Of a stretch of 62,785 bases of DNA, positions 9,901 to 19,836 are shown piece by piece. Source of the DNA: a virus (Duplodnaviria > Caudoviricetes); the IMG/VR virus record IMGVR_UViG_3300031565_000023, positions 1 through 62,785 of that record. One strand, given 5' to 3'. Position numbers and translations under genes: made by a program. Below the pieces are notes generated by a model. That model saw only the letters and a list, made by a program, of their open reading frames with translations, was not told where the DNA came from and did not search any database. Within the stretch, counting starts at the first letter, position 1. Every line of letters begins with the position of its first letter.

Positions 9901-12900
9901 AGCCCTATCCGAAAACAAACCCGTTTCCCCCGAAGTCCTAAAGGACTATCCCGAGCTACAAAAGCCAGCCGAGGAAGCAAAGAAAAAAGAACCGACCAGG
10001 GAAAAATTCATCAAAGACCTGGAAATGAAAGGAGTAGCGACAGGATACGAAGGCGAAACCATCTCAATTCAACATAGTGATGAAAGCGGATACTATGTTC
10101 GCATCACCAAGGATGGCATCCGTACAGAGAAAGGTGGAGATCCCAAGGGCGGTGGTTGGGGCTTAGAAGAAGCCAGGGCAAAAGCCCTTGATATGGCTGG
10201 ATTTGAGGAAGCCCCGGAAGCAACCGAGAAAACCAATCCGGTATCCGAGTGGGTAGCTGATCGGGTCAGCAAGGGGAGACTCTTTGTTGCGAAGGATCTA
10301 TTCGATCAGGCCGATAAGTATTTTGGCGGCACACAGGCCCAGGGGAAGTATGTTGCCAAAGATGCCTATGAGTTGATGGAATTGGGCGTTAATCAATATA
10401 TTAAAAAGATCGGCATAGGATTTGAGCCAACTGGTGCTGTAAACAGTCCAGCAGTACATGAAAGAATTAAGTTACTAAAGCAGCTCGTCAACAAACTCCC
10501 CACTCAAACCCGAAGAACAACCGAATCCGGAGAGTTTCAGCAATTCTCTACTCCCCCTCACCTGGCCTTTGTGGTTAATTGGGTAGCCAACCTCAATAAA
10601 GATGATGTGGTCCTTGAACCATCTGCGGGAATCGGGGGGATCGCAGTATTCGCTAAAAACGCAGGGGTGTCAAAGGTAATCGTCAATGAACTGTCAAAGG
10701 ACCGGCTGGATCTGCTCAAACAGTTAGGCTTCGATGAATACTTCAATGAAAACGCAGAGCAGCTCGATAACATACTCCCCGATACCGTAAAGCCAACCGT
10801 AGTCGTTATGAACCCCCCATTTAGCGCTACTGCTGGCAGATTAGAGGGCAAAAGAGATACTAAATTCGCTACCAGGCATATCGAGCAGGCTATGGCAAGA
10901 TTAGAACCCGGGGGAAGACTGGTTGCGATTGTTGGTAAGGGAATGGGGATGAATGCACCGGCTTTCAGGGAATGGTGGAATAAGAAGGATTACAACGTCA
11001 GGGCCAATATTAGAATATCCGGGAAGGAATACCAGAAGTACGGCACTACGTTTGATAACAGAATAATAGTTATTGACAAAAACAGCAAAAAGAAGGATAA
11101 TATAATAACAGGCAAAGTCGAAAGTGTTGAAGATTTATTGCCTTTGTTGGAGGGAATAAGAAATGAAAGAAGCTATCAAGCTAAACGAGAGCCCACTAAA
11201 CCAACTGGCAAAGAGTCTGCTGAAGAAGGTAGAGCCGGAGTGGGGCGAGAACCTTCTTTACTTTCTACAACTGGCACTTTGGGGACTGAACCAGGAAGGG
11301 GTGAGCGTGAGGGGGAACAGGCCATTGAGGGAGAACGTGGAGGCCCTGGCGGCCTGGAAACCGGGGAACCTACAGAAGCTCATCTTCCCGAACGAGAACG
11401 GAGAGGACAGCGAAAGCGACCTTCTGAAACACCAAAAACCCCTGGACCTGGCGACAGAGCTATTGGAACACATAGACAGCCGACTTACCGCCACCCTGGA
11501 AAACTACCCTATCCCGAGGGATCTACCGGCAAACTTCAAGTAGGGGAAGAAAAGGGAAAGAAAGAGAAAAAAGCCCTTACTGACTCTATCTATGACGAAT
11601 ACACTCCCGAAAAAGTAAAGATCAAGGGCGCTCAAAAGCACCCTGGCAAATTAGTAGAATCTGCTGCCATGGCAGCAGTTGAACAACCTACCCCAACCTA
11701 CCAACCGGACCTCCCTAAAGAATCCATCGAATCAGGCAAAATTAGTGATGCTCAATTAGAGGCGGTAGTCTATGCCGGTCAATCCCACGAAAAGACCCTT
11801 CCCACAGGCGAGAGAAGGGGCTTTTTTATCGGCGATGGTACAGGTGTTGGCAAAGGCCGAGAAGCTGCTGCGATTATCCTTGATAACTGGAACAAGGGCA
11901 GAAAGAAATCGATATGGTTATCAGAGAAACAGGGATTAATAAAGGATGCGAAGCGTGATGTTGACGGGGTTGGCTGGAATTCTAAAGTTGTATTCCCATT
12001 AAACAAGACAAAAGCTACCGGCAAGATAGCACAAGAAAATGGCGTATTATTTACAACCTACGACACCCTAAAGAATAAAGCGCGAGACAAGGGAGATGTG
12101 GCCGGCAAGAGAAGGCTTGACCAGGTAGCTGAGTGGTTAGGTGAAGACTTTGATGGTGTTATCGTCTTTGACGAATCTCACAACATGGGAAATGCCATTG
12201 AAACTAAAGTCGGTGGTAGAAAGAAAGATCCTTCCAACAAAGCACTTACCGGGGTAGAACTCCAAAGAAGATTACCCAATGCAAGGGTCCTATATGTGTC
12301 TGCAACCGGCGCAACCGATCCGCTAAACCTGGCATACGCAACGAGGCTAGGATTGTTCGGGGAAGGTACGCCATTCCCCAATGTTGGTACATTTGTCAAC
12401 CAGATTGAAGCGCAGGGCTTGGCAGCTATGGAGTTAGTTGCACGAGATATGAAGGCTATGGGTAAGTACATTTCGAGATCCTTATCCTTCGATGGAGTAA
12501 CATACGAAAGACTTGAGCATAAACTCACCCGGGATCAGAAAGACATTTACAACGAACTTGCTGGTGGATGGCAGATCGTATTAAAGAATGTCCACGATGC
12601 ACTCAAAGCAACAGGCAGGGAAACGGAAACCGGAAAGCAAGTAACGGGGGCAAACAACGGTCAGGCGATATGGAGTCATTTTTGGAGTACGCAGCAGAGG
12701 TTTTTTAACCAGGTAATAACTGCCATGCAAGTACCATCTGCGATAAAGAGCGCAGAGAAAGATCTTAAAGATGGCAAGTCGGTTGTTTTTCAGCTTGTCA
12801 ACACAATGGAAGCAGCTCAAGAAAGGGCATTGTCAAGGATTGAAGAAGGCCAGGCGATTGAGGATCTTGACCTTACCCCGAAACAGCAGCTAATGGATTG

Positions 12901-15900
12901 GGTTGAAAGATCCTTCCCGGTCCAAGAATATGAAAAATATAAAGATGAAGATGGGAATGAGAGGGCAAGGCCGGTATTTGAGGCAGATGGTGAGACACCG
13001 GTAATAAACAAAGAAGCGGTAAGGATGCGAACCGAGCTGCTTGCAAAGATCGGCAGCATAAAGGCAGTTGATAACCCACTCGATCAGATTATCGATTACT
13101 TTGGGGCAGAAAATGTTGCCGAAGTAACCGGAAGGAAAGTAAGATTAATCAGGAAAGAAGGGGTTGAGGGGAAGGTAGAGGAAAAACTAGGGCTTTCTCA
13201 CAGGGAAAAAGACGCTGATGCCTTCATGGATGGCAAAAAGAGGGTTCTTATCTTTAGCGATGCCGGTGGAACCGGGAGAAGCTATGACGCAGATCGGAAT
13301 GTAAAAAATCAGCAAAGGAGATCCCATTACGTTCTTCAACCTGGATGGAGGGCTGATAGAGCAATTCAAGGCATGGGAAGAACGCACAGAGCAAACCAAG
13401 CGATACCGCCTCACTACGTTTTAGTCCATACGGATCTCGAAGCACAAAAAAGGTTTATCTCCACTATTGCAAGAAGGCTGGATCAGTTAGGCGCATTAAC
13501 TAAAGGCCAGCGTCAGACCGGAAGCCAGGGGTTCTTCCAGGCAAGGGATAATCTTGAAAGCCCTCATGCGATAGAGGCACTCCACGGCTTTATAGCCGAT
13601 ACCGCCTATGGACACAACGACATTGATATTGACGAGTTTTACAATCAGACAGGGCTAAGGCTTACGAGTGAGAAGGGCGGTTTGAACTTTATTGAGATGA
13701 AGCAATTTCTCAATCGCTTGCTCTCATTAAAAACAGATTACATGAATAGGGTTTTCAGCGCCTATCAAAAGAAATATGATGAAGTGATTGAGCGTCATAT
13801 CAACAATGGAACACTTGATAAGGGCATTGAAACATTACGAGCTGACAAGGTAGAGAAGGTATCGAGCCAGAAAGTATATACCCACAAGGAAACAGGCGCA
13901 GAAACACACTATGTTGAGATTGACGCTACCCGACCAGCCGACCTCATTAAATACGAAGAAGCAAGGGACGCCTTTAGGGGAGGCACGGCCCAAGGGATTT
14001 TTCAGAACATAAGTAGTGGTAGGGTATGGGTTGCATCTTACAAGAGATTTCACACAGATCCGAATACAGGCAGCATAAATGAATACTACGCACTACTATC
14101 CCCGGCAAGGCATTATCAAACAGCGAAATCCTATGTATTTGAAGATAAGGAAAAATGGAGATCCCTAACCGATGCCGAGTCAAAGGAATTATGGAACAAA
14201 GAATATGCCGATCAGCCGAAAACCGTAACTGATCGAATCCACATGATTACAGGGGTTATCCTTCCAATATGGGATAGGATAAAGGGAAGTACCCGGATAA
14301 TAAGAACACAAACAGATGAAGGGGAAACCCTTTTAGGCCGGATGATCGACCCTGCTCACGTTACGAAAACCCTTCAAAGCCTTCAAGCAGAGCTGAAAGC
14401 ACCAAAGGAAACCCCGGCACAGATCGTTGATAAAATACTGAAAAACAACTATGTGGCTGAACTTGCAAATGGCTGGATAATCAAAAGGGTTAAGTCCTAT
14501 CAGGAAAACAGGATCGAGATAGATGGTCCTGATTACTCACACATGAGGGAATTAACGAGGGCTGGTGTTTTTACGGAAGTCATCGATTACGATACTCGCT
14601 TTTTCATCCCCACCGGGGAAGATGCAGCCAAGATATTTAAGCAGATAACAGAGAGCAGACCGGTATTGAGTTTAAGACCACATAAGCCTGCTACCGCTAC
14701 GTTTGCCAGGGCAGCCAAAGAGGCTGCCGGGATCCCGGTTGAACAAATAAAAAATACAATCACTCCCATCTTAAAAAACCTCAAAGGATTAACCCCTGGG
14801 GTTAATGTGGTTAGCTCAATCTCCGAGCTTTCCCCTGAATTGCAAAAAGAGGCGGGAAAAGTAGCCGGTGCCGGGGTAAAGGCCGTATTTGATAGCGAAA
14901 CCAACGAAATAACACTTGTTGCCGAAGGGCTTTCAAGTATTGAAGAAGCCCAGGAATCACTTTTCCATGAGCTGTACGGTCATTATGGCCCAAGAAAACT
15001 TTTTGGCAGATCTTTTGATCCCTTCCTGGCACAAGTCTATAATGCCTATGGTCCCAAACAATTACAAGACATAGCAGATCTCTATGGCCTTGATTTCAGC
15101 AAAAGGGAAGATCGGCTTACCGCAGCCGAAGAAAAACTGGCACGGATGGCCGGGAAGAATGAAAAGCCTGGTCTTTTAAAAAGAGTATATGCCTATATCA
15201 AAAATTGGCTGCGAAAGATGGGTTTTAATATAAAGCTCAACGATGATGATCTTAAAATAATTGTTGGCGCAACAAAAAGGGCAATAGAGGAAGGATACGA
15301 CATCGGGGAATTAAGGGGAGCTGCAACAAGATTTGCCAGGGAGAAAGAAGCAGGAAAGGCCGAAGAAGTCCTAAAGCAATTCCCGGTAAAATATGAAGGC
15401 ATACAGAAAGGCTTTTTAGGTGCGGAAGATGTAGTTGTATTCAGAAACAAGAAGAATGAAGAATTTAAAGTGCCGGTATCCGAGTTTAATGAGGAAGCGG
15501 TCAGAAAAGCACTAGGCATAAAAGCGCCATCACCGCAGATGGGCTTTAGGTTTGCCAAAGAGAAAGAAGTGTCTCCCACTAAAGAGCCGATGGCTGCCCT
15601 GCCCTCTCAAGTAAGGCCGAGGATCGAGGCAGCAAGGGGGATACCGAAGCCAACCATAGTGCAGAGATTAGAGAAGTTAGGCACACAGATCATGGCATCT
15701 ACCACTCGTCACTGGCCTTTGCTCGACCCGAAAGAACATGGATTTGCGATAAGTAATTTGAGAAGGTTTCAGGAGATCCCCTCATATGCAAAAGACGCAG
15801 GGATGAATCATCTTAAAGATGTGCTATCCGGCCTTACTCCCCAGGAATATGATGCGTTTTCCATGAATCTGCTCTTATCAGATATGATGCACGACATTGA

Positions 15901-18670
15901 TTTTGTGGATCCGGCAACAGGGGAACGCTTGCTCGATCCCGGAAAAGGGCTTCCCTATGATTTTATGGACCGCACGGAAGTCGTTAGCACCTTGAGCAAG
16001 TTTAAAAAGATGGCAGAGGAAAACCCGAAAATAAAAGAGGCCCTGGCTAAACGAAAAAGTTTTATGAGCAAGCTGAAAAAGGATCTCATTGATGCCAAGT
16101 TTCTCAATAAAAATGTTGTTAAAAATGAAGATTACTGGCATCACCAGGTCCTTGAGTATATGCAGAAGAAATACAAAGATACTGGCATCGGAGGTAAAGA
16201 CGTAAGGACACATAAGAAAGGATGGATGATAAGCCGGATCGGATCAATTAAAGATTACAACACCGAATATGCCGAAAGTGAATTTGAGGTTGTATCGCAG
16301 GGGTTAGCGCAGTTAAGGGCAAAAGAGATTATTGACGAGATGGACACGAAATACAACATAATAAAATCATTGAGGGCAAAGGCAAAAGACAAAAACACAG
16401 CTAAACTATGGGAGGTTTTAAGGGATAAAGGAGAGATCGAAACGGACGAATTAGGGAAAGAGATAGATCCGTTAAAACCATTTAGCATAAAGATCGCTAT
16501 GGGGTTTGGCAAGCTAGGGAAGCTGGCGGCAGACGGTGAGCTTTATGGGCCGGTAGAATATGAGGGGATCATAGATGATCTTGCGGCCTCTCATGCAGAA
16601 AAGGCAGTAGCAAAAAAAGACTACCCCGAAGAACCCGAATTGGGGGGATCTGTAACCACGGACAACCCTCTGATCTTCCAGTTTTTGAGCTATCTCATAA
16701 ACAGCAATCAGGATGGCGCTCAAGCAGCAGCTACAATATTCAATGGGATAAGGGAGCGGAATGCCTTTATCAAGGCCGGGTTAGGAAAAGATTTTACCAC
16801 CTGGAAGAATCTCATGCCGGAGGATTATTCAAGCTGGAAACCAAAACCCCATACCGCCTGGTTTATTACCAACGCCATAAATGACAAGATACTGGAAGGC
16901 GTGATTGCAGGGAACAGACAGCTCACAGAGGATGATGCTAAAAAGATACTGGCAAGGGGGATGGATCTGGAGTGGGTAATCCCCACCAACATAGCTGATA
17001 CAATGGACGACATCACCTTCTTCCCGAACAGGAATCCCATTCAAAGAATTGCCGAAAGATCATTGAATCTGTGGAAGCAATACATTTTGATAAATCCTTT
17101 GCGGATAATCAAGTACAATACTAACAACCTCTCCGGGGATGCGGACATAACGCTGGCCTATGATCCAAAGATAATAAAAAACTATTCCATACAGGCAGCG
17201 AAGGACCTGTGGAAGTATCATTATAAATACGATCAACTACCGGCTGATCTTGTAAAGGAAATGGATGTTGCGCGGAAAGAAGCGGTAATAGGATCTGGAA
17301 TGACGATCCACGATATACCCGATGTTGTCCAAAACCTTTCTCACGATAATTTTATGAAATTAATGAGGGGTGAAGGGAAAAACCTTGAATACTATGCAAA
17401 GGCATATTGGGAACATTCAAAGAGGTTTACCACCTGGAGGGAAAACGTATTAAGGCTGGCAGCATTCAGATATTTTAAGGACAGGATAAGGGCCGGCGAG
17501 AAAAATATCTATGGCGTTTCTAATCCTGACGTAGTTGACGATACCCCCTTTGATGGTGATCGTAAGGCAGCTCTTTTGGCAAGGGATCTGCTCGGTGATT
17601 ATGGCAATATCACCCAGGCCGGACAATGGTTGAGAAGAAAGATGATCCCATTTTTTTCATGGCTGGAAATAAACGCCCCCAGGTATTATAAATTATTTAG
17701 AAACCTGCCACTAGAAGGGAGGGGCAAGAAGGGCGCTATATCGATGGCGAGTATGTCGTTTGCGAAAGAAGGAGCTGCGCTGGCATTTAGGGCGAGTATG
17801 CTTTATGGCTCTATCATGCTCTGGAATATGATCTTCTTCCCGGACGAAGAAAGAGAGCTTGGGGAGTCGGGGAGAAGGCAACTTCACATTATCCTACCGC
17901 CTGGCAGGAGGGGTGATGGATCTATTGTTACACTCCGCTTTCAGGGTGCGTTAAGTGATGCACTAGAATGGATTGGGATGGAAGATGCGCCACAAGACAT
18001 GAAGGACCTTCTTACCAGGAAGATGAGCTTCTACGATCTTTACAAAGACGCTTACCAGGGATTTGTCAACAAATTTGCAAGGGGCATCAGGCCGGATCTC
18101 AAGATGGCTTTAATGGAATTGCCCACAGGTAAATCAACCTACCCCGATATATTTAAGTCAAGACCGATCAGGGATAAGCTGGAGCATATCGCAAGGACAT
18201 TCTCCCTGGACATTCCCTATCGGTGGGCTGCCGGAAAGCCACTGAGGGGCAAAGCTACTGGCGGGAGATTAATGCAGGATATAGCAAGTATAGTTTCTTA
18301 CAGGACCGATCCGGGCGAAATGGCTTATTACGACACCCGGAAACTTGCAACAGATTATCTTGAGGATAATAATTTATCAAAGCCGATGGTTGATCCAACC
18401 ACAAAGAGTAACGCACTTTATTATTATAAGAGGGCTTTAAAATTTGCAGATCTAAAAGCTGCCGAGAAATACCTCAAACAGTATCAGGATCTTGGCGGTA
18501 CAACGAAAGGGCTGAAGATAAGTATCAAGCTGGCGCATCCCATGTCCAGCGTTCCCATTAGGCACAGAAAAACATTTTTTGGAAGCCTGACAAAAGGAGA
18601 TAGGGAAAAGGTTAAATCTGCAATCAAGTGGTATGAACAGACCTATCGAGGAAGAAAGGAGGCTGCGTAA
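6911..18670 (+). CDS. Large polyvalent (DarB-like) protein: N6-adenine MTase + Strawberry-notch SF2 helicase + zincin-like motif + LPD38-like C-terminus
   Basis: VLEPSAGIGG and VMNPPF (MTase motifs I/IV); GFFIGDGTGVGKGR, DESH, SAT and QGMGRTHR (Sno-type helicase); HELYGH zincin-like motif; IPFFSW in the C-terminal region. Confidence 0.9.
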   Translation: MPIPTREEIQQLSDDLANRSRKAVTPTQKPGITPADLKDLESIHQARLVRERKEAIGERSAITDAAMGVGRGAIDYAGRILLPEARLYEGMLKPGREHGPVGRFATKSIEAIEDFRAKKPWMQPKEGFAGMVSEGFAMTTMSLMSAIPGALAGAGLGALGGTAGGPLAPLTVPAGAAAGFVLGGAVQFGAAQIDDFLNRSDKAGVPREKSEPIAVAAGLVEGGLEGLFNWLSLITFGLSKPLTIPAQVAMKKGIGAVFKVGIKQYAKQAAQLASVEIPTEILQEGIGAELERKIGIGDTRFWDAAKQVIGPTAVSSILFTGFFGSINMVNRKRIKKALTDPAIPIGQRKEAALLVENAVKEVNPELAQVWGHNAFVAIENGEAIEIDESLVGVEEVAPTVPGEEVIEEAPAGTGLSPEEELAATEEDIERIYTPEQLADLEKGVDKKIGDHLNALSKKIANLESLKKRTDKQESNLKAYKEERKTIMEEQGYDKEGKRRLPGGVREGEEPGRPVQEREGGEKAIEAGGIFQTQEGEEIELPGIEFRDDLTPADIEDQWSEMVAIQGQLIEKNAPRLEEIEKELATLKGKRKKPDQEKRKALREEAQELREEPAAFIAGAENSFINAQEDFNDRVIARAKEKGIEDEETQGEIAELAGMMLTERQYIEQTWNWPISKVIDEAIDEYTEGEAEAAPEKPAEEELSAEERRDLGKVIKEAEKAEAKKAKKVTTRKPTEIKPGETPQSIVKALGGIYIEEGGETEFATVKEGGGTNIGIVNKKGLTFDMIREKFVEDPAIGAVTSDMTLSDFKVWLKDNWNKPVTEKAIEKAAEEEHAKEMERPEEEGKLEERVIADLALEEGDVVYTAGDVYKVKRVAEGEVTLQDDFTITKDEFDKITLEKPVVKKAAVGGLPAEVKKQLNIKVGKKEGAAEEAKKKEPWEMTRGEYFNASRFYQSGPHKNLELPDGERILLRKESTLKTWQERSGDFVAGTHEARIKKALSENKPVSPEVLKDYPELQKPAEEAKKKEPTREKFIKDLEMKGVATGYEGETISIQHSDESGYYVRITKDGIRTEKGGDPKGGGWGLEEARAKALDMAGFEEAPEATEKTNPVSEWVADRVSKGRLFVAKDLFDQADKYFGGTQAQGKYVAKDAYELMELGVNQYIKKIGIGFEPTGAVNSPAVHERIKLLKQLVNKLPTQTRRTTESGEFQQFSTPPHLAFVVNWVANLNKDDVVLEPSAGIGGIAVFAKNAGVSKVIVNELSKDRLDLLKQLGFDEYFNENAEQLDNILPDTVKPTVVVMNPPFSATAGRLEGKRDTKFATRHIEQAMARLEPGGRLVAIVGKGMGMNAPAFREWWNKKDYNVRANIRISGKEYQKYGTTFDNRIIVIDKNSKKKDNIITGKVESVEDLLPLLEGIRNERSYQAKREPTKPTGKESAEEGRAGVGREPSLLSTTGTLGTEPGRGEREGEQAIEGERGGPGGLETGEPTEAHLPERERRGQRKRPSETPKTPGPGDRAIGTHRQPTYRHPGKLPYPEGSTGKLQVGEEKGKKEKKALTDSIYDEYTPEKVKIKGAQKHPGKLVESAAMAAVEQPTPTYQPDLPKESIESGKISDAQLEAVVYAGQSHEKTLPTGERRGFFIGDGTGVGKGREAAAIILDNWNKGRKKSIWLSEKQGLIKDAKRDVDGVGWNSKVVFPLNKTKATGKIAQENGVLFTTYDTLKNKARDKGDVAGKRRLDQVAEWLGEDFDGVIVFDESHNMGNAIETKVGGRKKDPSNKALTGVELQRRLPNARVLYVSATGATDPLNLAYATRLGLFGEGTPFPNVGTFVNQIEAQGLAAMELVARDMKAMGKYISRSLSFDGVTYERLEHKLTRDQKDIYNELAGGWQIVLKNVHDALKATGRETETGKQVTGANNGQAIWSHFWSTQQRFFNQVITAMQVPSAIKSAEKDLKDGKSVVFQLVNTMEAAQERALSRIEEGQAIEDLDLTPKQQLMDWVERSFPVQEYEKYKDEDGNERARPVFEADGETPVINKEAVRMRTELLAKIGSIKAVDNPLDQIIDYFGAENVAEVTGRKVRLIRKEGVEGKVEEKLGLSHREKDADAFMDGKKRVLIFSDAGGTGRSYDADRNVKNQQRRSHYVLQPGWRADRAIQGMGRTHRANQAIPPHYVLVHTDLEAQKRFISTIARRLDQLGALTKGQRQTGSQGFFQARDNLESPHAIEALHGFIADTAYGHNDIDIDEFYNQTGLRLTSEKGGLNFIEMKQFLNRLLSLKTDYMNRVFSAYQKKYDEVIERHINNGTLDKGIETLRADKVEKVSSQKVYTHKETGAETHYVEIDATRPADLIKYEEARDAFRGGTAQGIFQNISSGRVWVASYKRFHTDPNTGSINEYYALLSPARHYQTAKSYVFEDKEKWRSLTDAESKELWNKEYADQPKTVTDRIHMITGVILPIWDRIKGSTRIIRTQTDEGETLLGRMIDPAHVTKTLQSLQAELKAPKETPAQIVDKILKNNYVAELANGWIIKRVKSYQENRIEIDGPDYSHMRELTRAGVFTEVIDYDTRFFIPTGEDAAKIFKQITESRPVLSLRPHKPATATFARAAKEAAGIPVEQIKNTITPILKNLKGLTPGVNVVSSISELSPELQKEAGKVAGAGVKAVFDSETNEITLVAEGLSSIEEAQESLFHELYGHYGPRKLFGRSFDPFLAQVYNAYGPKQLQDIADLYGLDFSKREDRLTAAEEKLARMAGKNEKPGLLKRVYAYIKNWLRKMGFNIKLNDDDLKIIVGATKRAIEEGYDIGELRGAATRFAREKEAGKAEEVLKQFPVKYEGIQKGFLGAEDVVVFRNKKNEEFKVPVSEFNEEAVRKALGIKAPSPQMGFRFAKEKEVSPTKEPMAALPSQVRPRIEAARGIPKPTIVQRLEKLGTQIMASTTRHWPLLDPKEHGFAISNLRRFQEIPSYAKDAGMNHLKDVLSGLTPQEYDAFSMNLLLSDMMHDIDFVDPATGERLLDPGKGLPYDFMDRTEVVSTLSKFKKMAEENPKIKEALAKRKSFMSKLKKDLIDAKFLNKNVVKNEDYWHHQVLEYMQKKYKDTGIGGKDVRTHKKGWMISRIGSIKDYNTEYAESEFEVVSQGLAQLRAKEIIDEMDTKYNIIKSLRAKAKDKNTAKLWEVLRDKGEIETDELGKEIDPLKPFSIKIAMGFGKLGKLAADGELYGPVEYEGIIDDLAASHAEKAVAKKDYPEEPELGGSVTTDNPLIFQFLSYLINSNQDGAQAAATIFNGIRERNAFIKAGLGKDFTTWKNLMPEDYSSWKPKPHTAWFITNAINDKILEGVIAGNRQLTEDDAKKILARGMDLEWVIPTNIADTMDDITFFPNRNPIQRIAERSLNLWKQYILINPLRIIKYNTNNLSGDADITLAYDPKIIKNYSIQAAKDLWKYHYKYDQLPADLVKEMDVARKEAVIGSGMTIHDIPDVVQNLSHDNFMKLMRGEGKNLEYYAKAYWEHSKRFTTWRENVLRLAAFRYFKDRIRAGEKNIYGVSNPDVVDDTPFDGDRKAALLARDLLGDYGNITQAGQWLRRKMIPFFSWLEINAPRYYKLFRNLPLEGRGKKGAISMASMSFAKEGAALAFRASMLYGSIMLWNMIFFPDEERELGESGRRQLHIILPPGRRGDGSIVTLRFQGALSDALEWIGMEDAPQDMKDLLTRKMSFYDLYKDAYQGFVNKFARGIRPDLKMALMELPTGKSTYPDIFKSRPIRDKLEHIARTFSLDIPYRWAAGKPLRGKATGGRLMQDIASIVSYRTDPGEMAYYDTRKLATDYLEDNNLSKPMVDPTTKSNALYYYKRALKFADLKAAEKYLKQYQDLGGTTKGLKISIKLAHPMSSVPIRHRKTFFGSLTKGDREKVKSAIKWYEQTYRGRKEAA
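8385..8525 (+). CDS. Nested 46-aa basic protein in the +1 frame of the giant gene
   Basis: GGAGGA 8 nt before ATG; MIKKVKGGYQVVSEKGKNLGGPYKSEKAAKKRLKQVEFFKHKKGKR resembles a recurrent small phage protein (recognised from memory). Confidence 0.7.
   Translation: MIKKVKGGYQVVSEKGKNLGGPYKSEKAAKKRLKQVEFFKHKKGKR
11163..11543 (+). CDS. Nested 126-aa helical protein in the +1 frame of the giant gene
   Basis: GGAGGG RBS; globular amphipathic sequence, while the host frame is a disordered G/E/R/P linker. Confidence 0.6.
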   Translation: MKEAIKLNESPLNQLAKSLLKKVEPEWGENLLYFLQLALWGLNQEGVSVRGNRPLRENVEALAAWKPGNLQKLIFPNENGEDSESDLLKHQKPLDLATELLEHIDSRLTATLENYPIPRDLPANFK

Positions 18671-19002
18671 TGTGGGAATATATTGCAACTGCTATGGGTA
18701 CGATTACCATCCTTCTTATTGGCTATCAGATCAATCGCCAGGGCAAGCAAGAGGATAAGCTGGACGACCACATTAAGAGCATGAATAAAGTCTTAACCAC
18801 AAAGCTCAGTACGCTTGATTGCGATAAAATAAGAGAAGATTGCGCTGAACATCGCAAGGCGGCGTATGAAGATTCTACCGTTAAAGCTCTTGACGATTTA
18901 GGGAAAAAGAATGAACGGTTTTGGGATGTGATAAATCTTCATTCCCATACCGGGCTAACGATGGATTCGGTTATAATAAGAAAGGATCACGATAAAGGAT
19001 AG
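18670..19002 (+). CDS. Membrane protein, possible holin-like
   Basis: N-terminal TM helix followed by coiled coil; TAATG coupling. Confidence 0.5.
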   Translation: MWEYIATAMGTITILLIGYQINRQGKQEDKLDDHIKSMNKVLTTKLSTLDCDKIREDCAEHRKAAYEDSTVKALDDLGKKNERFWDVINLHSHTGLTMDSVIIRKDHDKG

Positions 19003-19005
19003 CTT

Positions 19006-19836
19006 ATGGGTGATTGGCCTCTACATGGGTACTGCTCAAGGATAAAACATTATCCCGATGGTTTTGGGGCAGGGGATATAAAAGTTTATGTTTCATGCAC
19101 AACAGCACATACAAAAGGAGATTGGGTAGAACTTGTTGCCAGCACGGACTTCGATTGTTTTCTTTTCGTTCAGGTATATGTTGTTTTTAGTTCCTTATTT
19201 TTTTTCTTTGACATAGGGATAGGCGCTGCTGAATCGGAAGTGGTTTTGTTCCCGAATTTAATGGTACAGGACAAAACATACTTTATGGTAAATGATCAAT
19301 TTGTTCTGCCCGTTCTTATTCCAGCCGGAACAAGAATTTCAGCAAGGAGCCAAAGCAATGTTACCGCGAGCAGAGGTATATCTTTAAATATCGGGCTAAT
19401 TGAAGGAAAGAACTTCAAAACGCCATTTTCTTATGCTCATTGTGATGCGTATGGGGCAGATGAAGCGGACACTACTGGCGTAGAGATAGATCCGGGGGCA
19501 GTAGCAGACACAAAAGGGGCGTGGGTAGAGATTACCGGCTCAACAACAGAGGACCTCAAGGGTTTTTTCTTTAGGATAGGGGATAAGGCTAACACAGTCT
19601 TGACAACCTGTTACTGGCAACTTGACGTAGCGATTGGCGCTGCTGAATCGGAAGTGATAATAGTTGAAAATTGGGGGCAAGCTGCTTCTGGCACTCCTGA
19701 TCGCATTACCCCTTTACACTCCCCCTTTTTCGGGATCTCTATCCCGGCAGGAACAAGAATCGCAGTACGAGCAGCTTGCAGCACTAATGGTGCAACCGAC
19801 AGGTTATTTGATTTTGTGTTGTATGGAGTAAGGTAA
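19006..19836 (+). CDS. Structural protein with two internal repeated domains (paralog 1)
   Basis: KGxWVE, DIGIGAAESEV and IPAGTRI motifs each occur twice. Confidence 0.75.
   Translation: MGDWPLHGYCSRIKHYPDGFGAGDIKVYVSCTTAHTKGDWVELVASTDFDCFLFVQVYVVFSSLFFFFDIGIGAAESEVVLFPNLMVQDKTYFMVNDQFVLPVLIPAGTRISARSQSNVTASRGISLNIGLIEGKNFKTPFSYAHCDAYGADEADTTGVEIDPGAVADTKGAWVEITGSTTEDLKGFFFRIGDKANTVLTTCYWQLDVAIGAAESEVIIVENWGQAASGTPDRITPLHSPFFGISIPAGTRIAVRAACSTNGATDRLFDFVLYGVR

Noticed and set aside
6911-18670. Tape measure protein or virion RNA polymerase
   Set aside because: MTase and helicase motifs are present; no TMP repeats or RNAP motifs were recognised
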